Assembly (NCBI GenBank): GCA_044348785.1
Contig: JBIKSF010000001.1
Span: 2,251 to 66,250 of the forward strand
Reading direction: 5' to 3'
DNA: 64,000 nucleotides
From: Limnohabitans sp.
GTDB taxonomy: Bacteria > Pseudomonadota > Gammaproteobacteria > Burkholderiales > Burkholderiaceae_C
Position numbers and translations under genes: made by a program. The notes beneath the pieces are model-generated. The model was not told the origin of the DNA, ran no database searches, and worked only from the letters and a program-made list of their open reading frames with translations. Positions 10,180-19,295 of this stretch are shown one piece after another (positions within the stretch are counted from its first letter, which is position 1; each line of letters opens with the position of its first letter).

Positions 10180-10974
10180 ATGGACCTGCACTTAAGCGAC
10201 AAGCATGTTTTGATCACCGGCGGCAGCAAAGGCATTGGCCTGGCCTGCGCCCAAGCTTTTTTGGAGGAAGGGGCCAAGGTCACGCTGGTGTCGCGTGACA
10301 CGGCCAATTTGACAAATGCGCTGCAAAAACTGCAGACCCGTTTTGCAGCCGACCGCATCCACACCGTGTCAGCCAATTTGCGCGATGCAGGCGACGCCCT
10401 GACGGCGCTGAATTCGGCAGAAGCTGCATTCGGTCCGGTCGATGTTTTGGTCAACTCGGCAGGCGCAGCCAAGCGCACGCCCGCACCCGAGCTGACACAC
10501 GAAGCTTTTGCCGATGCCATGCAAGCCAAATACTTCACCACCATCCACATGCTCACGCCCACCATCCAGCGCATGGCCCATCGTGGCCAAGGCACGGTGG
10601 TGAACGTGGTGGGCAACGGCGGCAAAGTGGCCAGTCCGATCCACCTGCCCGGCGGCGCGGCCAACGCGGCCTTGATGCTGGTGAGCGCTGGCATGGCAGC
10701 CGCTTACGGGCCTCAAGGTATCCGCGTGAATGCGGTGAACCCCGGACTGACTTTGACGGACCGCCTGCAAGAAGGCATGGCGGCCGATGCACGCCTGAAG
10801 GGCATCGACACTGAAGAAGCGATGGCACAAGCCGTGGCCAAAATTCCACTGGGCCGCATGGCCGAACCCGAGGAAATCGCCAACGCCGTGGTGTTTCTGG
10901 CCTCGTCCAAAGCGAGCTACATCACCGGCATTTGCATGAGCATGGACGGCGCGCTCAGCCCCATCGTGGTGTAA
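10180..10974 (+). CDS. SDR oxidoreductase (catalytic YxxxK not conserved)
   Basis: TGGSKGIG, VNSAG, NAVNPG; GGAANAA at the usual YxxxK position. Confidence 0.85.
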   Translation: MDLHLSDKHVLITGGSKGIGLACAQAFLEEGAKVTLVSRDTANLTNALQKLQTRFAADRIHTVSANLRDAGDALTALNSAEAAFGPVDVLVNSAGAAKRTPAPELTHEAFADAMQAKYFTTIHMLTPTIQRMAHRGQGTVVNVVGNGGKVASPIHLPGGAANAALMLVSAGMAAAYGPQGIRVNAVNPGLTLTDRLQEGMAADARLKGIDTEEAMAQAVAKIPLGRMAEPEEIANAVVFLASSKASYITGICMSMDGALSPIVV

Positions 10975-11050
10975 CAGACAGACTGGGTCTGTGCCTGTGT
11001 CATGCTTGACATGGGTACTGCCCCTTTCTTTTTTGTGAGACCGACACACC

Positions 11051-11632
11051 ATGACCACTGCATCCATTCGGGCTCATCGCCTGCTGAACACCACCAAACA
11101 ATGTGTGGCCTCTGGGCTGTTGGTTTGGGCGATGGCCATGGGGGCGGCGCAGGCCGAACTGGCACCGCTGCAAACGGTCCCATCGGTCGACGTCCCGCGC
11201 TACATGGGCACTTGGCACGAGATCGCCAAATACCCCAACTGGTTCCAGAAAAAATGCGCCAGCAGCACGCAGGCCACCTACACGTTGCAAACCAATGGGC
11301 AGGTGCAGGTGCTCAACCGCTGCAAAACCGACAAGGGTGAATGGAGCGAGGCCTTGGGCGCGGCCCGGCAAATCGGCGGGCCAAACTCACCTCAGCTCAA
11401 AGTGCGCTTTGCCCCTGAATGGCTGTCGTTCATCCCCTTGGTCTGGGGGGATTACTGGATCATCGACCTGGACCCGGACTACCAGTGGGTGGTGGTGAGT
11501 GAGCCCAAGCGTGAGTACTTGTGGATTTTGTCGCGCACACCGCAGATGCCTGCCGCGACCTACCAGGCTTTGCTGAGCAAACTGGACAAACTGGGCTTTG
11601 ACCTCCAACGCATCCAGGCCAGCAAGCCCTGA
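11051..11632 (+). CDS. Lipocalin family protein (Blc-like), SPase I-type signal peptide
   Basis: VDVPRYMGTWHEIAK, GDYWIIDLDPDY, YLWILSRTP. Confidence 0.92.
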   Translation: MTTASIRAHRLLNTTKQCVASGLLVWAMAMGAAQAELAPLQTVPSVDVPRYMGTWHEIAKYPNWFQKKCASSTQATYTLQTNGQVQVLNRCKTDKGEWSEALGAARQIGGPNSPQLKVRFAPEWLSFIPLVWGDYWIIDLDPDYQWVVVSEPKREYLWILSRTPQMPAATYQALLSKLDKLGFDLQRIQASKP

Positions 11633-11637
11633 GAGCC

Positions 11638-11663
11638 TTCGCTCACAGGGGTGAGCTCCCACA
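11638..11663 (-). repeat. Single REP unit (GTGG/GTAG type)
   Basis: Reverse complement TGTGGGAGCTCACCCCTGTGAGCGAA with internal palindrome GCTCAC-CCCT-GTGAGC; resembles the ends of 52155-52228 and 56487-56560. Confidence 0.75.
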
Positions 11664-11676
11664 AAGCACTTGAGTG

Positions 11677-12285
11677 TCAGTGAACGGCTTCGGCCGCGCG
11701 GACTTCGCTGGGCTGCAGCCAGCCTTGCTTGGCGGCGTCTTGTGCCAGCCGGGCGATCAAGGCGCGGGCATCGGCGTTCACCAAGGCCACGGGTTGCAAG
11801 CGCAGCGCGGCGTCCGAGAAGTGGTGAACCACCTCGGCCACATCGTCAGCATCGAGGGCCGTGGGTTTGTAAACCGGGCTGCAGGCTGCTTTTTGGCCCA
11901 AGGCGCGGTAAAACACCGCCGCCAAATGGGACGATGCGCCGTAGACACTGCGCTGCTGGCCCGCTGCCGTCACACGCAGGGTGTAACCGTATTTGCCTTT
12001 GACGCACTCGGCTTGGGTGATGTCTTTCAGGGCGAAGTGATGCACCAAGGTGCCGCTGTCGTTTTCTGAAATCAGCAGGTTCTGATCGGTCAACAACCAC
12101 AGACCACGGCCAGACAACACCACGCGGCCCAGCACATAGCCCAACACCCGTTCTGTGGGCTGGATGTGGTCGCGCATCTGGTCCACATCGGCTTGCTTGA
12201 GCAACTGCGCACCATAGGGGTTGTTGCCCTCGATCAACAGTTCACTCAGTTCGTTGCCATTTTTCAAAAAGTCCAGCCAGGCCAT
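11677..12285 (-). CDS. Hypothetical protein, probable bacterial PH-like domain
   Basis: ERVLGYVLG..GLWLLTDQNLLI..FALKDITQAEC pattern resembles bPH domains; GGAG RBS before ATG 12285. Confidence 0.6.
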   Translation of the reverse strand: MAWLDFLKNGNELSELLIEGNNPYGAQLLKQADVDQMRDHIQPTERVLGYVLGRVVLSGRGLWLLTDQNLLISENDSGTLVHHFALKDITQAECVKGKYGYTLRVTAAGQQRSVYGASSHLAAVFYRALGQKAACSPVYKPTALDADDVAEVVHHFSDAALRLQPVALVNADARALIARLAQDAAKQGWLQPSEVRAAEAVH

Positions 12286-12449
12286 AGGGGTCTCCAAATT
12301 AGTCGTGCATGTTCGGTCATGGCGCGGGGGACAAACGCCTCGGCCCACAAATAAGCCCACAGCATGCCGGGTTATTGGCGTAAAACCCAAGGCATTTCAC
12401 GGCTTTTGCCCCGCCCCGTGCACCCAGCAGGGCAATGACCCAAACTGCA

Positions 12450-12480
12450 ATTTGTCCAGCATTTGTCCAAACCATGTTCA
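12450..12480. promoter_or_regulatory. Three tandem 11-bp-spaced repeats (TGTCCA, TGTCCA, TGTTCA), CarH/LitR-like operator
   Basis: Hexamers start at 12453, 12464 and 12475; each reads TnnACA on the minus strand. Confidence 0.45.
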
Positions 12481-13469
12481 GCCCATTCCGTTTTTTGCCG
12501 AACCTGAGCGCTTGGGACTGCCCTGTCCTGACCCCGCTCTCCGAGCAGCTCTCGGCCAGCCTGAAAACCCAGCTGGGCCAGCGTGTGCGGGCCATGACCG
12601 GGGCGACGGGCGATGCGCAGGACTTTTTGCAGCCTGCGGGCGACCCGGGTCTGTTCGGCCCCGACTCGGCCGCATGGCAGGTACACGCCCACTTTGTGGC
12701 CATGATGACCGGGGGCTTGTCGTCGCTGATGCTGCAGGCCTTGCACCCCAGGGCATTGGCTGCAGTGTGGGACCACTCCAGCTTTCGCACCCAGCTGCAG
12801 GCGCGGCTGGGGCGCACCGCCTTGTTTGTGGCCACCACCACCTATGGCGGCACGGCGGCTGCCTTGCAGACCATCGAGCGGGTCAACCGCATCCACGCAC
12901 ACATTCGTGGCACGCTGCCCGATGGCACGCATTATGTGGCCAACGACCCGGAACTGATCCGCTGGGTTCACCTGGGCGAGACGACCAGCTTTTTGCGCGC
13001 CTACCAAGACCTGTCGCTGCAGCCCTTGTCCACCGGCAGGCAAGACCTGTACTTTGCCGAAATGGCGCAAATCGGCGAGCGCCTCGGGGCACACGATTTG
13101 CCCCTGACACGCCACGAGGCCCTGACCCAGCTGCAAGCCTTTCGGCCCGAGCTGCGGATGGACGAGCGCACGCGAGAGACGATTGACCTGATCGAGCACT
13201 ACCCGTGTGCGCCCCTGGACCGGCCCTTGGTGGGCCTGATCGTGCGGGCCGCGTTTGAGTTGCTGCCCGATTGGGCGCTGGAGATGCTGGGGCGCCAACG
13301 CAGCTGCGCGCTGGAACAAGCCGCCCTGCGCACCGCCTTGCAGGGCATGGGCGCATCGCTGGCCTGGGCTTTTGCCGACACGGGTGTGGCCGCCCGCGCC
13401 CGCCAGCGCATGGAGCCGGGGTTCACGGCCTCGGCATTCAGGGCTGCTGAATCGTCTCCAGGTACATGA
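12474..13469 (+). CDS. Oxygenase MpaB/Lcp-like family protein (DUF2236); start uncertain (12435 or 12474)
   Basis: DPGLFGPDSAAWQVH, LQALHPRALAAVWDHS, VNRIH, YVANDPELIRWVH. Confidence 0.85.
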   Translation: MFSPFRFLPNLSAWDCPVLTPLSEQLSASLKTQLGQRVRAMTGATGDAQDFLQPAGDPGLFGPDSAAWQVHAHFVAMMTGGLSSLMLQALHPRALAAVWDHSSFRTQLQARLGRTALFVATTTYGGTAAALQTIERVNRIHAHIRGTLPDGTHYVANDPELIRWVHLGETTSFLRAYQDLSLQPLSTGRQDLYFAEMAQIGERLGAHDLPLTRHEALTQLQAFRPELRMDERTRETIDLIEHYPCAPLDRPLVGLIVRAAFELLPDWALEMLGRQRSCALEQAALRTALQGMGASLAWAFADTGVAARARQRMEPGFTASAFRAAESSPGT

Positions 13470-13866
13470 GCAAAGAGACGATGCGGTTGCGCGCCGACCA
13501 CTCAGCGGTGCGGGGCGAGTCGCTGGGCTGGGTCATGGCACGGGCTTTGAACTCGTTGCCCCACACCGGCATCTCGCGCGAGCCGTGCGGCCCGCCTTCA
13601 CTCGACCATCGGCCGTCGATCACCTCCCACATCAGCTCCTGCGGAAACTTGCCGCCGTGACGCTGCGCGATGCGCGTGAGATCGGAGGGCGGTTTGACCA
13701 AAAACGAGTGCACGGGGCCATCGCCCTTGCCTGAGGCGCCGTGGCAGCTGGCGCAGTTTTCCTTGTAGTCCACGCGGCCCAAGCCGACCGAAGTCTGCGC
13801 CCAAGCCGCCGCAGTGACGCTGAGCACGCTGGCGATCACGCATCGGCAAATGGTTTGTTTGTTCAT
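13438..13866 (-). CDS. Periplasmic monoheme c-type cytochrome
   Basis: Signal peptide, CASCHG heme motif, HGSREMPVWG distal Met. Confidence 0.9.
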   Translation of the reverse strand: MNKQTICRCVIASVLSVTAAAWAQTSVGLGRVDYKENCASCHGASGKGDGPVHSFLVKPPSDLTRIAQRHGGKFPQELMWEVIDGRWSSEGGPHGSREMPVWGNEFKARAMTQPSDSPRTAEWSARNRIVSLLMYLETIQQP

Positions 13867-14041
13867 GGGTGCTCCTGTTGTTTCGCAAGAGCTTCATCAT
13901 CCGGAAAAGAACAGCCCCAGTCTGTGCGTTGGCACGCCCAAACCACGGTATCGGCTTACCCGTTTGACGGTATCTGGCGCGATGCCTGCGCGCTCACAGC
14001 AAACACCTCTGAAGCCCTTGCCGTGGCAAACGTGTTGCGAT

Positions 14042-14707
14042 TCAGTTCAGCGTGCCGCCACTGATGGCCAAGTCGCTCAGCCCTTGCTGACGGTGCGCCA
14101 CCAACAAAGCCAAGGCCTGCTGCACGCCCGCCACCTGCACAGAAACAGGCCAACTGGGCAAGGTCGGCCCGGGCCATTGCGCAGCTTGCTCAGGCAGCAG
14201 CGGCAAGTGCATGAAGCCGCTGTGCACCCCTCGCCCTGCCAGCGTGTGCTGCAGGGCATAAAACACTTGGTTGCAGACAAAGGTGCCCGCCGTTTGCGAC
14301 ACCGAGGCCGCAAAGCCAGCGGCCTTCAACCCAGCCACCAACGACTTGATGGGCAAGGTGCTGAAATAGGCCACGGGGCCACCGTCAATCACCGGCACAT
14401 CGATCGGCTGCGCCCCCGCGTTGTCGGGGATGCGGGCGTCCTGCACATTGATGGCCACACGCTCAACCGAGAAATCGCAACGCCCCTCGGCTTGGCCCAG
14501 CGCCAGCACGATGTCCGGGCTGTGCGTGTCCAGCGCCTGTTGCAAAACGGGCAGCGCCTGCGCAAAAACACAAGGCAGCTGCACCGCCGTGACCTGCGCC
14601 CCGGCGATCACCGCACCCTGCAGGGTGCGGGCCACTTCCCAAGAAGGGTTGATGCTTTGCCCGCCGAAGGGTTCAAAGCCCGTGAGCAGGATGCGCATCA
14701 AGGCCAC
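14042..14707 (-). CDS. pcp: Pyroglutamyl-peptidase I
   Basis: ILLTGFEPFGG..NPS, ERVAIN..DARIPDN, AGTFVCN, GFMHLP. Confidence 0.95.
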   Translation of the reverse strand: MALMRILLTGFEPFGGQSINPSWEVARTLQGAVIAGAQVTAVQLPCVFAQALPVLQQALDTHSPDIVLALGQAEGRCDFSVERVAINVQDARIPDNAGAQPIDVPVIDGGPVAYFSTLPIKSLVAGLKAAGFAASVSQTAGTFVCNQVFYALQHTLAGRGVHSGFMHLPLLPEQAAQWPGPTLPSWPVSVQVAGVQQALALLVAHRQQGLSDLAISGGTLN

Positions 14708-14712
14708 GCCCT

Positions 14713-16149
14713 TCAGACGTTGAAGATCGACACCGTCTTGGTGTTGAGGTAGGCCTCCAGCGCCTCGGGGCCGCCTTCGGAGCCGTAACCAGAATCCTTC
14801 ACGCCGCCAAACGGCAGCTCAGGCCAAGGCGCGGCGGGCTGGTTGACCCACAGCATACCCACGTCCAGGCGTTGGCTGAGCTGGTGCAGGGTTTTCATGG
14901 AATTGGTGAAGGCGTAGCCTGCCAAACCAAAGGGCAGGCGGTTGGCTTCGGCGATGGCGTCTTCGATCTTCTCGAAGCTGCGGATCGCGGCAATCGGGCC
15001 AAAGGGCTCATTGACCACCACATCGGCGTCCAGCGGTACATGCGACAGCACCGTGGGCGCAAAGAAGTTGCCTTGTGTACCGATGCGCTCACCGCCGGTG
15101 AGCACCTTGGCACCTTTGGCGCGGGCGTCTTGCACGATGGACTGCATGGCCGCCAGGCGGCGCTCGTTGGCCAAGGGGCCCATTTGGGTGCCTGCGGTCA
15201 GGCCGTCGCCCACTTTCAGGGCTTGAGCTTGTGCGGCAAATTGTTCCGCAAAGGCGTCGGCAATTTTGTGGTGCACCAAAAAGCGGGTGGGCGCGATGCA
15301 GACCTGGCCCGCGTTGCGGAACTTGGCCGCACCGGCGGTCTTCAGCGCCAGCGCGATGTCGGCGTCTTCGGCCAGGATGACCGGGGCGTGACCGCCCAGC
15401 TCCATGGTCACACGCTTCATGTGCTGGCCAGCCAAGGCGGCCAGTTGCTTGCCCACGGGCGTGGAGCCGGTGAAGGTGATCTTGCGGATCAGCGGGTGCG
15501 CGATCAGGTAGTTCGAGATCTCGGCGGGCGTGCCATAGACCAGGCCGATGACGCCAGCGGGCACGCCAGCGTCGTGGAAGGCGCGGATCAACTCAGCGGG
15601 CGCGGCAGGCGTTTCTTCCGGCGCTTTGACGATGATGGAGCAGCCGGTGGCCAGCGCGGCGGACATCTTTCGCACAGCCTGGTTGATCGGGAAGTTCCAG
15701 GGCGTGAACGCGGCCACCGGGCCCACCGGTTGCTTGAGGACTTGCTGCTGGACGTTGATGTTGCGCGGCGGCACGATGCGGCCATACACGCGGCGGCCTT
15801 CTTCGGCAAACCACTCGATGATGTCGGCGGCCGACATGGCCTCGACCTTGGCTTCTGCCAGGGGCTTGCCTTGTTCTTGTGTGAGGAGTTCGGCGATTTG
15901 CGGGGCGCGTTCACGCATCAAAGCGGCGGCCTTGCGCAGGATGGCGCTGCGCTCATTGGCCGGCGTGTCACGCCACAACTCGAAGCCCTTTTGGGCGGCT
16001 TGCGCGGCCCGCTCCAGATCGGGGATGCCTGCGTGTGCCAAGCGGCCGATCTCGATGCCGTTGGATGGGTTGAACACGGGCAAGGTGCGGCCGCCTTCGG
16101 CATCGCACCATTGGCCGTTGATGAAAAGTTGGGTGTTGGGGTAGGTCAT
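14713..16149 (-). CDS. NAD(P)-dependent aldehyde dehydrogenase, succinate/alpha-ketoglutarate semialdehyde dehydrogenase (AraE-like)
   Basis: [35 protein letters not shown]; resembles Azospirillum AraE as recalled. Confidence 0.9.
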   Translation of the reverse strand: MTYPNTQLFINGQWCDAEGGRTLPVFNPSNGIEIGRLAHAGIPDLERAAQAAQKGFELWRDTPANERSAILRKAAALMRERAPQIAELLTQEQGKPLAEAKVEAMSAADIIEWFAEEGRRVYGRIVPPRNINVQQQVLKQPVGPVAAFTPWNFPINQAVRKMSAALATGCSIIVKAPEETPAAPAELIRAFHDAGVPAGVIGLVYGTPAEISNYLIAHPLIRKITFTGSTPVGKQLAALAGQHMKRVTMELGGHAPVILAEDADIALALKTAGAAKFRNAGQVCIAPTRFLVHHKIADAFAEQFAAQAQALKVGDGLTAGTQMGPLANERRLAAMQSIVQDARAKGAKVLTGGERIGTQGNFFAPTVLSHVPLDADVVVNEPFGPIAAIRSFEKIEDAIAEANRLPFGLAGYAFTNSMKTLHQLSQRLDVGMLWVNQPAAPWPELPFGGVKDSGYGSEGGPEALEAYLNTKTVSIFNV

Positions 16150-16260
16150 GGGTAATGTCCAATCAGAGCGTCAAATTTCAAAATGCTGAATCGTGAACCC
16201 GGCACAGGCCAAATCAGGCCTGACGGTACGACCCTCGCTGGGGTGGCACCATTGTGGCAG

Positions 16261-17010
16261 TCAGATGTTGCGTCCGCCGTCCACATCGAGACACACCCCC
16301 GTGAGGAAAGCCGCCTCATCGCTGGCCAGGTAAACCGCCGCATGGGCCACATCCAGCGGCCGGGTGAATCGGCCCAGCGGAATCCGCGCCAGGAATTTCT
16401 GCCGGTTTTCGGGTGTGTCGGGCATGCCCATGAACTGCTCCATGAGAGGCGTTTCGCCAATCATGGGGTTGATCACGCAGACCCGGATTTGGTCCTTGGC
16501 CAGCTCCAGCGCCAACCCCTTGCTGGCTGTGATGACCGCGCCCTTGCTGGCGCTGTACCAGCAAAGCCCGGGGCCAGGGCGCACCCCTGTGGTGGAGGCC
16601 ACATTCACAAAAACACCTCCGCCTTGCTGGCGAAAAATCGGCGACACTAGGTGGTTCATGTGGAACAGGCTCTTCACGTTCACCTGATAAAGCCGATCGA
16701 ATTCGGCCTCGGTCACCTCACCAGCAGGTTTGTTGGGGTGGGTGGTGCCAGCGTTGTTGACCACAATGTCCAAGCGGCCGAATTGCGCCAAGGTGAACTG
16801 GAGCAGTTGTTCGATGTCGGCACTGCTGGAGACATCGCAGCGGCAAGCAAGGCCACCAATGCGGTTGGCCACTTCCTGCCCTTTTTCAAGGTTCAGGTCG
16901 ACCACCACCACGCGGGCACCCTCTTGAGCAAAACGCTCGGCAATGCTGGCGCCAAAACCCGAAGCGGCGCCGGTGACCACGGCCACCTTGTTGTGAAGTC
17001 TGGGTGTCAT
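16261..17010 (-). CDS. SDR dehydrogenase, TsaC-like
   Basis: TGAASGFG, NNAGTTH, VNVASTTGVRPGPGL.WYSASK, NPMIGETP, LTGVCLDVDGGRNI; start overlaps the Rieske gene stop. Confidence 0.88.
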   Translation of the reverse strand: MTPRLHNKVAVVTGAASGFGASIAERFAQEGARVVVVDLNLEKGQEVANRIGGLACRCDVSSSADIEQLLQFTLAQFGRLDIVVNNAGTTHPNKPAGEVTEAEFDRLYQVNVKSLFHMNHLVSPIFRQQGGGVFVNVASTTGVRPGPGLCWYSASKGAVITASKGLALELAKDQIRVCVINPMIGETPLMEQFMGMPDTPENRQKFLARIPLGRFTRPLDVAHAAVYLASDEAAFLTGVCLDVDGGRNI

Positions 17011-18131
17011 GGGCTGATTTTCTGGCGGGTTGCTGGGCTCGCCATGGCAGCTTCTTGCTGCAAGCGGCGTTTGATGATGAAACGGGCCTGGTTCAGGCCA
17101 CTGTCGTGGGCTGTGGCCACGGGTTTGAAATGCGGGTCCAAGTTCAGGTTGCGCTGCTGCGCTTCGATGATGCTGCGGTCTTCGGCAAAGGCCTTGACCA
17201 CGTCCTGAAAAATGGCTTCGGTGATCTCGGGCCTGTCCAACATGAAATGGTGGGCCTGACAAAAGAAGTAATGCGTGGTGCCAACGGTATCAGGCGTTTG
17301 CACAGAGGTGTGGCGAAACTGCAAGGCTTCCGGCACGCGGGTGCCCTCCGGCGCGCCAGTGCCCGTGGGGGCAGAACCAGCATCCATTCGCAAAAAGGCC
17401 GGCGCATGCCATTCGTAAATTTGCCAACGGTCCACCAAGCCTTCAAATGGGGCCACGCGCTTGTGGTTGGGGGACATCTCGTCGTTGATGTACCAGCGTG
17501 TGATCCGCAGGCCCGGCCCGGTTGTGTCGTCCGTCAGGCGGTCGATCTGTGCCCGGACTTGGGCATTGGAGACGGTGCCCAGCGTGGTGGGGTGCACATA
17601 GGACAGGTGCGAAAAATCCAGCAGGTTGTCTACCACCAGCTGGTAATGCGCCTGGTAGTGGATGTACCCGGGCTTCATGCGCCACTCGGGGTGCGCATGC
17701 CAGAAGAAATCCAGAATCCGGGCAGGGTCGGCCAGGGCCGGATCGCCCATCCAGATCCAGATGAAGCGGTCACGCTCAACCACTTGGTAGGCCTTGACAC
17801 AGGCAGACGGGGGAATTTGCGACTGGCCCGGGATGTCGGTGCAAGCACCTTGCGGGTTGAACTGCATGCCGTGGTACATGCAGCGAATGTGGTCCCCCTC
17901 GACCCGGCCATGCGACAGCGGTGCCGCCCGGTGCGGGCATTTATCGGCCAGCGCCACCACCTGGCCCTGCGTGTCACGGTAAAACACCACCGGCTCGCCC
18001 AACAAGGTGCGGGCCAGCAAGCCGCTGCTGCCCACTTCGTGGTCCCAAGCGGCCACATACCAAGCGTCGCGAATGAATGACGAAGACAGGTAAGCCTCCC
18101 CGCTGGGCAGGGTGCCATTTTCTGGATTCAT
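17007..18131 (-). CDS. Rieske non-heme iron oxygenase alpha subunit, TsaM/VanA-like
   Basis: CPH..CMYH Rieske ligands; DNLLDFSHLSYVH iron site; EWRMKPGYIHYQA and GSAPTGTGAPEG..PEALQFRHTS segments recalled from TsaM. Confidence 0.9.
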   Translation of the reverse strand: MNPENGTLPSGEAYLSSSFIRDAWYVAAWDHEVGSSGLLARTLLGEPVVFYRDTQGQVVALADKCPHRAAPLSHGRVEGDHIRCMYHGMQFNPQGACTDIPGQSQIPPSACVKAYQVVERDRFIWIWMGDPALADPARILDFFWHAHPEWRMKPGYIHYQAHYQLVVDNLLDFSHLSYVHPTTLGTVSNAQVRAQIDRLTDDTTGPGLRITRWYINDEMSPNHKRVAPFEGLVDRWQIYEWHAPAFLRMDAGSAPTGTGAPEGTRVPEALQFRHTSVQTPDTVGTTHYFFCQAHHFMLDRPEITEAIFQDVVKAFAEDRSIIEAQQRNLNLDPHFKPVATAHDSGLNQARFIIKRRLQQEAAMASPATRQKISP

Positions 18132-18144
18132 GAGGGCCTCGCGC

Positions 18145-19113
18145 TCAGTCGGCTTTGAAGCCGGAAGCCTTCACGATGGGGCCCCAGCGGTTGGTGTCGG
18201 CTTCCATGATGCGCACCAGGTCGGCCGCGCTGCCACCGCCGGTTTCCAGACCCAGCGACAGGAACTTCTCGATCACATCGGGCGATGCCAAGGCTTTGTT
18301 CAGCGCTTTGTTGACCCGCTCGACCTCTGCGCTGGCGGTTTTGGGCGGCGCATACAAACCGAACCAGCCCTGCCCAACGATGTTGGGGAAACCCTGCTCG
18401 GCAAATGTGGGCACATCGGGCAAGACTTTGGCGCGTGCGCGGCCCGAGGTGGCGATGATGCGGGCCTTGCCAGCACGGTGGTTCTGCAAAAACTCAAACA
18501 CCACATCAATGCCTGCAGGCACCTGGTCGCCCAACACCGCCGTTTGCAAAGGCGCACCGCCGTTGTAGGAAATATGCACCATGTCCACTTTGGCCTCCCG
18601 GGCCAGCAGCAAGCCAAAGAAATGCGGCAAGCTGCCTGCCGCAGGCGAACCAAAACTGGCCTTTTGCGGATTGGCCTTGAGCCAAGCCACGAACTCAGGC
18701 ACGGACTTGATGGGCGAGTCGCCCTTGACCGCCAGCCCGAAGTTGAAATTGACCACATGGCCCACCGGCGTGAAATCGGTCGCTGGGTTGTAGGGCAACT
18801 TGCTGAACACCAGGGGGGCCAGTACCGGTACCACCACGGGGGTGATCATCAAGGTGGTGCCATCGGCCGGGGCGTTTTTCAGCAATTCGGCGGCCAAGCG
18901 GCCACCGGCTCCGGTCTTGTTCTCAATCACGACTGGTTGGTTCAGATCGACCCGCATTTTTTCGGCAATCGTCCGGGCCACGGTGTCAATCGAGCCACCG
19001 GGCGGAAACCCCACGATGAGTTTGATGGGCTTGTCGGACTGGGCAAGCGCTTGCGGCGCATGCAAAAGTGGCAGTGCTGATGCAGCTGTGACCAGCAAGT
19101 GGCGGCGTTTCAT
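18145..19113 (-). CDS. Bug/TctC substrate-binding protein
   Basis: KPIKLIVGFPPGGSID, ENKTGAGG, PDVPTFAEQG. Confidence 0.92.
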   Translation of the reverse strand: MKRRHLLVTAASALPLLHAPQALAQSDKPIKLIVGFPPGGSIDTVARTIAEKMRVDLNQPVVIENKTGAGGRLAAELLKNAPADGTTLMITPVVVPVLAPLVFSKLPYNPATDFTPVGHVVNFNFGLAVKGDSPIKSVPEFVAWLKANPQKASFGSPAAGSLPHFFGLLLAREAKVDMVHISYNGGAPLQTAVLGDQVPAGIDVVFEFLQNHRAGKARIIATSGRARAKVLPDVPTFAEQGFPNIVGQGWFGLYAPPKTASAEVERVNKALNKALASPDVIEKFLSLGLETGGGSAADLVRIMEADTNRWGPIVKASGFKAD

Positions 19114-19183
19114 GGTGTCTCCTGGGTTTTGTATGGCCAAAGGTCTTGGTGACCTCTGCTGACTCTATGCACTTTCGACATGA

Positions 19184-19196
19184 TTGATCTAATCAA
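19184..19196. promoter_or_regulatory. Inverted repeat TTGAT-CTA-ATCAA between divergent catabolic operons
   Basis: 5-bp arms with 3-bp spacer in an AT-rich intergenic region. Confidence 0.35.
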
Positions 19197-19295
19197 CCAG
19201 CCCTATCGTTTTCCCTAGGGTCGCCCTCACAGCCATGCCGCGAGGCCCGTTTGGGCAAGTTGTAAACTGACCGGATGACATTGGAGATAGCCCCC

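Noticed and set aside
10998-11011. TGTCA-N4-TGACA palindrome containing TTGACA upstream of the lipocalin
   Set aside because: No matching -10 element and no second copy seen.
19184-19196. FNR box
   Set aside because: Spacer is 3 bp rather than 4; kept only as a generic inverted repeat.
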